Of a stretch of DNA of 61,055 nucleotides, positions 53,401-56,730 are shown piece by piece. Below the pieces are notes generated by a model. That model was not told where the DNA came from. It did no database searches and was given only the letters and a program-made list of their open reading frames with translations. The translations under genes were made by a program, and so were the position numbers. Positions within the stretch are counted from its first letter, which is position 1. Each line of letters starts with the position of its first letter. The DNA is from a virus (taxonomy: Duplodnaviria; Caudoviricetes). The stretch is from positions 1 through 61,055 of IMG/VR virus record IMGVR_UViG_3300030376_005008; one strand, given 5' to 3'.

Positions 53401-53842
53401 ACACAGCAGTAGTCCACAAGACGGTGGCACTTTCTTTTCAGCAACTGCCGGTGGTAAGTATGGTCTGTTTACCTATGAAACAACCAGCGCACGCGCCGCT
53501 GATGGGTTCTTCATAGGTGGTAGTAATAATCCAGCAAGCAACGCACCATATCAACCAGTATACCTAATGGAGACAAGTAGTGATACTGTGCCAGTTGCAA
53601 AGGGACCAAAACTCCCCGGAACTGAAGCCACGGGCTTTGATAAGACCACACTGAAGAGCACAGTTAGTCGCCTTATTATCACTGAAAATACACTTCAGCA
53701 CTTCCGTAGTGACGCGCCTCGTAATACGGGTAATGAGAAGGATTTCACAGTCAAACCGCGCTTTAGTCAATCATTACACAGCAAGGGGCATAAAGAAGAT
53801 GTTACCTACAATACATCAGACCACAGCGGTGATGCCTCTTGA
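35462..53842 (+). CDS. Giant (6126 aa) tail / adhesin-like virion protein with an N-terminal LamG/concanavalin-like domain
   Basis: ALLFDGVTDSV...TIEAWV...HVVGV...RLYVNG...IYLGG...FRGVIESLHIS is a LamG-like pattern. 18.4-kb uninterrupted ORF in the tail module with repeated beta modules. Confidence 0.8.
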   Translation: MPAILQSNHALLFDGVTDSVIVPQGSHRGVGNDDASGNRSAGDILGDSASGDRGPSVVGDLFRNTITIEAWVTPDCGGIIALKEDQFSLEMGTVDTPGPAKFSVRLETQGGVNTYQVSTASLTSNGYSGTVYPTPDFGGVSDSYNRFDSDKDDATTLNLNHRHLYHVVGVVEPGFIRLYVNGLLMAQEKIPFQTSIIQSNNHIYLGGKGGQFRGVIESLHISNNFENEMLSPSAPLVQDSTALLYRFEEPINPIQNEYQIASISSASNLSAINISTSDAAALASALTGTTVTTGTIVFTDSPYSTGNYSVHDNVTGAGASPATRSIPHVPYNLLINPGAINRETNKPNQSPPERVRLHNINVSTGAMLVSSIHLDFATSATGDGLRPVLHSRSAATGDDYFVVVAADLLIEGGSGRPYQPPHLASQIIDRTGQMILDESNFEQHGIAYSSRMATTANDSNNPFAVSWPTSLDESFQVGHSGRHIKNHVNGHHYLRMLPKASDEMLDQQIGTSDIINLMYDDAARGIENQVPINSEMEYYREVASMEVVSVQDSSMAFEIVDNGLTGATREIIAIGGSGTKTITAEATFNPYPFFLKGPVPVSAETLDETERTHHLRPSRESRVAVLSVPSLASHGFASFIEVHYNALDLTGVSMGKTKPMLMVEKTVPAGSVQTAGSSFTDATCDYNNDPTIAMDATTNVRPGMRVSGTGIPAGAFVVSVTNSTTFELSAATTGGSKTNQTLTFTPAYIADIVAADLVNPATDTTLFSPGGMITMRMEEGNLNTLQMPHAMIGDVSEGYESDDELDERYTPQYYTTMSDEPRKTPQIITASHTNSDIHNSTFNRLLIGGSKVTKENIADTGRRGVFTDIGSPSDGQFDIPITRSASPVHEMFDIIDNHIQASSDPFILYIQPSDRTRTMQLNHLRAALDRPGEANTAQVLYMMSKGVLRSVTESDADNGGRFTSLQIVGTSSLVNTASTSEIGSGSPDSHVVKEIDPHAPVVTVSLGGPGQGAFDTKPSFDPSPLSRLPYSTRRGFSVMGQSVRIEPGGTQFITVRALNNATPDLQSWGTYPFPKKGRLFLKNGASAEYSSKSGVSFMFTDGTAGDGKFTLADGQDLGTFKAWSIASGLVPEAKDIVGSTFNDATCDTDHSAGSGTSFGSNPKIIQMDSTTNVKVGMTVSGTGIAAGSIVTQIDSATLFRVNLDTTATNNNQTLTFTLVGENFSLGEILLGDGHFYIENSAADGTTVNDRMFQSMDTATHDYQLGTQFASTRALVEIPLFAGQFFESAAESIFPGPDNSLKMHVDATMTAHTYNPSPVGRRFPDKAPADRAAKAAYAYSMERAEFTKRTTILLRAKDETANYHLYVNNPSAFPAAVTSASAYHNVDNVVLYRQAFLSNGEWILYDNDPASDGYLQFKNEDWAHSENFLNSHAPGMALLIADGYESERVIPIFSDDETLSSDFEGRGEYYHDQSSVKTQGGNVDYGLRQYVSAVEFKAGPSTNPHSPRVKSKRAAGVIRGVTPLMNQGNFSGVFTVTLSEEDAALFPAIDVNLDSGTVDFDTGDMFYTVEITLPDGTAQKCIYWGDGKATFSHANLLTFGSATVTTSEIPKSTIILETIESRPSLPNFLNETHSSFILGQPLKLTKKSFDPLSDFTSVQLRNNVNIARSDRPGNSSSWTIAAVPNANQITLGAPSGVHAGTLQFDNASWQGQFSAKVGDKIYAEPTVASGASNVLAVGSVMYLGEVTAISEVVINGSATVIGLASLADITGITGSVEADLGAMIAAGTVYLRVGVEELLTEDSEAILNRSWLFPYAQGGLREGDTVWANMTYNNPHAVEGLFAKSRGVLNEAMVCNVFNGGEGALNNNPRDSLPLENFLIGNSCYETAVNYVQHVNKTVELNYTNLGLSQPPTVAYLDPYLSNAGHARVLLFDVAHDREFIAFQDLHMQVQSSPMHAQIGWSRDVIGADLTRTQANLGGNHSPYSTQIDVAAGFPSQNPFVRSSSRSRFMESAYAHNRANYISSKLINPVDSSSGSGATTVPKVLLNNLDYSWLYGKAHQHYVHTGFEQGITLGEIALGDSVLPRTKEAVVSPKFADKLHPYTRKGRSAEHNLTVALREHRSPNFKTSIFSTASTIRDPSTLFDTPDGTRVIPAFLALKGIRSSSLDLSNHTEANQTSGRRGIKHLKQWTDMEFTRRLSIDLGEVGVRDGVTDVEAAAREVVRLINQAAAPNARTHVRRPNNNYPAENVVLDTDISSTPSLTRIDAAVPHVNADFAATGSTFDPADWWNDSSSEKPDKGTHMGYVRAHLGRVVQDSRGREGYSIIIHSTIPGATGRNFCVWLDNSKGQTPYEPEFLIGHGGRFRTFWCQPDEVSGENMHPAPMPLNKHGRPFAPITTLKQYTIPDNAGQQVSPSDEFGEAGKSSDESADPVNRAISTFIGAGKTHNTVNTESLEAEGFVTSLVSGLRTGTGAIGRVNFGGLVASGIPGFAPDAGEWGFGRRGDKRFSAYYGGVNVTDNAITVASCTTTANSTQVTFTNVATTHAIVEGMAVSGTGIASGTKIASITNATTFQLDVVATASGTVTLTFTPQAPVKYTPHVPESEVLNQNIGNTDLYGFRFIDHRGIGHGIRFVYRQFGQKFALENTELPDSINEEVMVYFDDRDVGQGGFTIGRHMHGSGDATGRFPASDSNATHVPWRGNHWNGVPSHNAAYDCEVTYDASAKTLTIEPQTPYNACPHHDMLGYMGFPLKNGVVQVSDPFNHSTMKGSQGHMFSYTSRTRATGSGTHVFYGVTGANFVASHKTDGSGGVTTVTHLFGDGANGEIRALISSTANWTCLITDELMAAVTTAVINAPALMSPNINSEEGLTFDCTHMYAADGKTFGEWGVDPEAIRIRAYNPAREIQPLSQFFEASIHKDMGIPAAHVEYGEISSLIVNADGITLPASSRAASNGEIDAGLRNPCGYIPRTVMQVRTKGKGSNTNTQSPVLVDTKNNPIDVSTWKKGLIGENYTADSGDHILPNIDNPTVQITKTDIYGSSAPPTTLSISTGEMWYFTRPAGEESATLSSKAKIVSFGDISTLYYGEKPALVTGIHSAGGGVSQTQFSILELQIGTADTINWPTADSATNAAMQRYGGTSRYGITGKRSLGSVNSVPQVFFRGAKDSTDHSVPLFFGGGFSGVVLDINDGTDTDYSSFNTHPYANGPTGCAGIQHANEVLSSHAMIDCNAIMAFFPGTPLLNQHRGSITPPFSNQDNVLSPDIKRGEHTVAANHPNAAPYTAGVHIQVPSPFVLRFAHPTARYGDAAAGTENKTTYLIYGPGQPFPFTQEVADSSGSHNVNEPHPGRAIVAGGSFSKVPHGGAAQYLPNHIENDQQHYMPMTSAYQVARGRFHWRQTLNWEPAIGKPNTGILYQRPEQGRMYGDMVNPLGDTPSTSNIADFRVLHPTRHALFMGGGMVSNSDWTWHMDGGYHPGGSWMDNQVSMNPAHPNGNTLVAKVAASNCSVHPTAFRVAGTLATRVMYGSSASFQVHTPDADDVDMEYIVIDGTRCQNGEELATIIGAGINTFPGAGALKAMGGTFMPSMGNALRQDRYGWKEFTVSAYRNDGSGVSGSGVDTTAGVTNSDRRTSATCYLDVATTLAAGEQVPASGWLRTKTLYTVAVSGGNSTAPAYAPYHTRILYTSNGSDYFIRFYLGYNYLTGTKGFETAETWHDIETAAASTGDPNDRIKDLIDTNDINLPTVAANDDILVWSKAGTFSYNNENASTRDHMTNVHFSGLHDAIDRTRPTGVVGWAGERYSYLNSLLVGSSYAAGLGAWHTALGFSPYGNANSCMTTLSHLPHTAPMPNSGESIRPDESYTHFPGTGGDPPYDSLGSMTNEARVTSSYEAYVPGYADVSGFNSTPTYYSEENIPSELRHPQGVSARAFLVVAYESELPLVAKYDRDGITCTGDWLLAEQQGNKAKAGTTRWDERIHGQDRFTCTANAGPNVEALIVGSTSTPSVSDYTAANGLDAAPFDDTFFLHDAISADTSLENATPCRAETGDLFYDLDHSIGTEFSATATGQRNVVNDFYAEPSNRPSAFFANTDTGKSFFIGDVNGYDFYRRSPAKNFNIEHAIWKRMDGGSLSLPTINARGLGAIPWINRVKSNTEYTMGEKLYGNVRFSFETTNSAMMPILQAQELAHPQLAARHPHELRNILEIPNEELQFEAMEVIDDTGQTHKIEGGSPFGVIIRAFQTAGERLASGLQPANANSGIEPNLKVRLPNPDAIPGNIIVRSGYDRLQAYQNENIGDGGMLHPDLGASHVGHLFDNAIKGPRYGPTMGEVGWEHISQGESFPDSTRDGWTGATQDNPIQSSYELHDRTLFFHVTKMGHSHTERYPVTYNHTSGVVNQSLTVSSFSGTTLTASATVTSAVFDADFASKERSDNRRFLRLSTATETVVVSYTGISGATFTGVIGDIDFDQFLLDNPPATSTINISPSYYVPAGSTRFFAARRLRDHAEVSGNSPDMAHTLYFDGDQNTLLHTRYSKPQLTPMPYPRMGHHFVNATMPMLPGHWAHPAYQGLYSRSRSENRVSRADEDYITLKDNIGLVDTSLSSTITDKMHPLNPPLRVGSLTALPSGPSDIHGGAFTLMFETKVKYDGYGILASKGTAGDMNKAGGHSIVLEAAGNYTLDRHFPDPAEVGAYQIVIQPNVRKQQIAGFHANHSSATSLPNGSAVELTSQQVNLVVGIKYDSERGSAIGGVTLVLAEATLADVRGCEVFINEVILDHDPDHGGQFTNIPPLLTYNALGVQGNQSPPFTRSTHAYHVGMFSDSTPGRTLHIPWWSIMHKVAPDDSTATGFRHLSLCRIDNYYEFCRASFGSIGCQLTLAGYPSIYPDMYSKVLANASLSPAITVQSTSFTNATCDYNNDPTIAHDDDDGQIKAGMLVTGTGIPAGAFVASVTSDTEFELSASTTGGAVTNGTLTFYGIVVDDATHLPEVPYYGQKLQYTKSDGTTAEFDYTVRSGTTNNATTMNKTNLIVVPTTTTMPQNGAVLRLTREYSTAAASSLFNDGKTSVLTRTLPQMLSGTRDTNSLHTPDAFLCMWHPNLGRPHTFYSDGSRTWGNLTSDRAVNKAAYNSMPEHFETVHYHGANYAVSHGPFNLDMNTPKPPTKISLAVASVGATFLTFSGNAASEMSAGTLLFTSDGLFIGKSSGAVHFSGTTTAGFTTNLFNNPGVGDFIYKDADGSVETATNIHAMSGYEAQGSGTVMLSHYWPCGSRGGLLNSRLDGYAAWSAAWHVPRAYTAAGATYWTDADDDGSYAVSSGITTAAASTITTRRYPFGYRFGLRQPWNRPQWGHYGMRAYQEAATHASASNFTVGYKAGPLVEYETQSWNYAGGAGLANSTLPVTYVGMMERQTNAAAMLGVDKPEWQVRYSDGRRMTRSYGCPVRTLRDTNSVATATLTVTDGDAASGMSEKQTIAIQSTDGTTRMYTLVDDNATTVATGDVLAASSDTGASTAGADLVGAIAVAINLTGSASTQNAYLVQLKAAIEHANGHNGKITVSAVPTEANGNQAITLTQAKAGLAGNTTITENVDNLTEADFSGAKAVPRDWWGDNEALGVTTIDAAVGYYLVDWWGNTRGEDVRRAPVRGFGIRPAWDAGDAYEYDRTNNRTPHARIWNNGKPIFNVKGVLDSSGNLLSATTASIPRFGGARNSTNNNDSNSLVDVFAPTNAMRVGDMGGGRGVRYPTQFNEDLLVELSDVYEASGLVLSHHTAEPAFGQGYVRPRNDALQSDELRRGISARLEIDEDGLLKPEAVVSDRVETVSGTSVHKDAVSRTSPRIGLDAEALEAISSGVDRDYVAINTEAHSLHADRGVGQRVILHGGMQAGSQTLGDYDLRSLSFAAQPHGGVMRFSHTSNVKPMGGSYIIESRSFVNPFDDTGWGRSSLAGGEKTSNPYQTTTYDSTSAQTNYKDTSVKFMLRPVRLLDNQHIEVFRPEHNLHSSSPQDGGTFFSATAGGKYGLFTYETTSARAADGFFIGGSNNPASNAPYQPVYLMETSSDTVPVAKGPKLPGTEATGFDKTTLKSTVSRLIITENTLQHFRSDAPRNTGNEKDFTVKPRFSQSLHSKGHKEDVTYNTSDHSGDAS

Positions 53843-53955
53843 CCAATCTTGAATTGTTCACAATTTCACTGATAGGTGGGTTCTTCATCGGTATTTGCAT
53901 AGGTCTGCATATTGCTATGAGTCGTGAAGACGCTGCACGTTGGAGTGATGTCTGA
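53839..53955 (+). CDS. 38-aa single-TM peptide (not in ORF track)
   Basis: TTG start overlaps the giant gene stop (TTGA) after a GGTGA RBS. Sequence LTNLELFTISLIGGFFIGICIGLHIAMSREDAARWSDV. Its stop overlaps the next ATG (TGATG). Confidence 0.6.
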   Translation: MTNLELFTISLIGGFFIGICIGLHIAMSREDAARWSDV

Positions 53956-56543
53956 TGCTTCCAATGGACCTCGCTATGCGGTTGCTGAAAGAACAAATAG
54001 ATTATGAGAATCAAATGGAACTTGCCCCTCACGAGCAACTATGGAACGATGAGGCTGATGAACACCTTAAAACCAAAACAAATGAATTATTTGATTATGC
54101 GATAGCGCAGGGGATTGACCCCGGTGATTTATTGGACGCATGGCACGATAGAGCCTCTATGGTTGAAGGGCTTGATTATGGTGAGCCGGGAAGTGAATTA
54201 GGATTTAGAGCGCACGCTGTTGACCCTTCACAATGGAAGAAGTTAGCCAGCGAACCAATGGACCTCGCTATGCGGTTGCTCAAACGCCAAACAGAATTAG
54301 GAGAGCACCGGGGCTTTGAAGATGAAGCATTTTCATCTCATGGTCCGGTAACTCATTATCATGCAACAAAAGCACCGGAAGATGCTGAATCCATAAAGGG
54401 ACATGGTATTCGACCTGCGGGAAATTATGCTACGCACAGTGGTGGTAAAACAAAGTCAATATATTCTTATTTAGTAGATAATATGGATTTAGAAAACACA
54501 GAGCCTTTGATTTGGGCTACAGGTGAAGGACAGGAGTTACCTATTGAATATGCAGGGACTTATAATGATAAATGGGTAGGAGAGCCACAATTTGATGAAA
54601 GTGGGATGTTAATTCCCGGAACAGGCCCATCTCGTGAAAGAGAGTTTCAAGAAGGGGGGATGTTTGGTATCAGGGGTGGTGATATAGATTGGGAAAGGTC
54701 GCAATCTCCCATTTATAGACAAGGTGAGGAGTTCTATATTCACAATCAGCCTATTCCAAGAGAAAAAATTATCCCTATGCCTGTCCAAACAGGCGAATCA
54801 ATGGACCTCGCTTGGCGGTTGCTCAAGATGTCTGAGGCTGAAATGAGGGAAGCGGGTTATCTTGATTATTACAGTCCTGAAAATATTGCGAATTATTATC
54901 AAAAAAGAAGAATGCGATATGGTAGCCGATTACCAAGTAATCTGCGTAATGAGATTATATCAGAACAATTAGCCCGGGGAAATAGGATGTTAGCGGCAGG
55001 TATACCTGAAGAACTAATGTATGCACATCACGATTATCCACCACTTTTAGAAGCAAGAATGAATGTTCCCGAAAGAAAATTACATTTATTACCATATGAA
55101 GCAGACGAAAGAAGTCAAATTGCGGACTTAGAAGATGTAGCAAGTAAAATAGATATGAATCCACGCGCTGTTTACAACAATCAAAGATTGTTTAGGCAAA
55201 TGATACCTGAAAACTTCGCGATGGAAGAGCCTGAAATAGAGCAAGAGCAAATTATTGAAGAATCACCAATCCCGGGTATGGTTTTCATTAACGGTGTATT
55301 AAGCGTTGACCCCCGAAATCAAAAAAGCGAACCAATGGACCTCGCTTGGCAGTTGCTCAAACGCCAACCGGGACAACCGGAACTTGGTGAGTTTCATCCC
55401 GATTTACCTTCTTCGCAGGGGCCGATAGTAGCGTATCATGGTAAAGGAGTAAACGAAGATAGGCGAAGGAAGTTTCAAACTGAAGGTATTCTACCAGTTG
55501 ATACACCAGAGGCTCAAATAGGCAGTGGTAGATATGTGCAACAACAACAAGGTAATGATGCGTATTGGAATCGTGATATTCCAGCAAATGTTTCTGTAAC
55601 TGGTGATTTGAGCACAGCACAGGAGTTTGCTACCCACGGAACCCGCGTAGATGGAAATCCATTGCAAGGTCGTCCTGATTCAGAGGAGGTGGTTTATGGA
55701 GTAAGAGCAGGAGCATTAGCGAACCAACTTCCTATGGACGACCCGCGTCGTTTATCTGCCCAACACTTACCGGAGGTTGGAAGAGAAGGAGGAGGAGCAA
55801 AAACTCACCGTTTCATAGCGGGAGGTATAGCACCAGAGGCGCTGCATGCATTTTCTGGACGAGATGCGCAAAAACATGCAGGTGGACATTGGGCGCGAAA
55901 CTTAGGACAATTCCAAACACATGGTCCAGACAAAGTTTACTGGGATTCATTGGATGAATATGAATATGAAAATCCCCGACCACGGGAGTTTATTGACGAC
56001 TACTTTAGGGAGGGAAACCCCGCATACAAAGAGTGGTCTGATGCGCAAGGGCGAGCAGCATTTTCAGGAAGAGAACAATGGATAGATGACCAAGTTTCTA
56101 ACTGGCAAGCACAGCAAGCACAGCAAGCACAATTACAACAACAACTGCAACTACGACAACAGCAGCAGCAGTCAATGATGAACCCTGACCCGTCTGGACA
56201 AACGACTCTGAATACGTTTCAAACAGGCGAACCAATGGACCTCTCTTGGCGGTTGCTCAAGGAGAAGAAGCCTGACCCACGCCTGAAAGCGGCAGGAGTG
56301 AGTGGATATAACAAACCGAAGCGCACGCCAAACCATCCAAAGAAATCACATGTGGTTGTAGCAAGGTCAGGTGGTAAGGTCAAAACAATTCGATTCGGTG
56401 AACAGGGCGCAGACACTGTTACAGAAGATAATCCAAAAGGTAAGAGAGCAAAGAAGCGAGCGTCGTTCAAAGCCCGACATCAGAAAAATATCAAACGAGG
56501 ACCAATGAGTGCGGCATATTGGGCGGATAAGGTGAAGTGGTAA
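53955..56543 (+). CDS. Modular polyprotein: five MDL(A/S)(W/M)(R/Q)LLK-tagged cassettes, including two ADP-ribosyltransferase-like domains and a C-terminal basic viral domain
   Basis: Five tag copies. ART-like YHAT..SIKGHGIRP and YHGK..FQTEGILP..SVTGDLSTAQEFA. C-terminal KTIRFGEQGA...ASFKARH...SAAYWADKVKW. Confidence 0.85.
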   Translation: MLPMDLAMRLLKEQIDYENQMELAPHEQLWNDEADEHLKTKTNELFDYAIAQGIDPGDLLDAWHDRASMVEGLDYGEPGSELGFRAHAVDPSQWKKLASEPMDLAMRLLKRQTELGEHRGFEDEAFSSHGPVTHYHATKAPEDAESIKGHGIRPAGNYATHSGGKTKSIYSYLVDNMDLENTEPLIWATGEGQELPIEYAGTYNDKWVGEPQFDESGMLIPGTGPSREREFQEGGMFGIRGGDIDWERSQSPIYRQGEEFYIHNQPIPREKIIPMPVQTGESMDLAWRLLKMSEAEMREAGYLDYYSPENIANYYQKRRMRYGSRLPSNLRNEIISEQLARGNRMLAAGIPEELMYAHHDYPPLLEARMNVPERKLHLLPYEADERSQIADLEDVASKIDMNPRAVYNNQRLFRQMIPENFAMEEPEIEQEQIIEESPIPGMVFINGVLSVDPRNQKSEPMDLAWQLLKRQPGQPELGEFHPDLPSSQGPIVAYHGKGVNEDRRRKFQTEGILPVDTPEAQIGSGRYVQQQQGNDAYWNRDIPANVSVTGDLSTAQEFATHGTRVDGNPLQGRPDSEEVVYGVRAGALANQLPMDDPRRLSAQHLPEVGREGGGAKTHRFIAGGIAPEALHAFSGRDAQKHAGGHWARNLGQFQTHGPDKVYWDSLDEYEYENPRPREFIDDYFREGNPAYKEWSDAQGRAAFSGREQWIDDQVSNWQAQQAQQAQLQQQLQLRQQQQQSMMNPDPSGQTTLNTFQTGEPMDLSWRLLKEKKPDPRLKAAGVSGYNKPKRTPNHPKKSHVVVARSGGKVKTIRFGEQGADTVTEDNPKGKRAKKRASFKARHQKNIKRGPMSAAYWADKVKW

Positions 56544-56580
56544 TATGAAACCAATGGACCTCGCTTGGCGGTTGCTCAAG
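53961..56580 (+). repeat. Six dispersed ~30-bp direct repeats, consensus CCAATGGACCTCGCTTGGCGGTTGCTCAA(G/A)
   Basis: Copies start at about 53961, 54255, 54798, 55332, 56232 and 56551, with at most 3 mismatches each to the consensus and variable 0.3-0.9 kb spacing. Confidence 0.95.
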
Positions 56581-56730
56581 GTTGATGATGAAATACCGGA
56601 TTTTAGTGATGAGCCTGTTGACCAATGCGAAATGTGCAACAAATATCTCCATGATTCAGATTACCATGTCCTAAATGACCACAATTTTTGTAGCGATTGC
56701 TATAATCAATTGGCTGAGGAGGGAATGTGA
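56545..56730 (+). CDS. Small Zn-finger protein with an N-terminal PMDLAWRLLK tag
   Basis: MKPMDLAWRLLK then CEMC...FCSDC. AGGTGA RBS. Confidence 0.8.
   Translation: MKPMDLAWRLLKVDDEIPDFSDEPVDQCEMCNKYLHDSDYHVLNDHNFCSDCYNQLAEEGM

Noticed and set aside
53961-56580. The 30-bp repeats as a CRISPR array
   Set aside because: Spacing is 0.3-0.9 kb and irregular, the repeats are in-frame coding sequence, and no cas genes are present.
53955-56730. Diversity-generating retroelement or integron
   Set aside because: No reverse transcriptase, template/variable repeat pair with adenine-specific differences, integrase, or palindromic attC-like site was recognised in the window.
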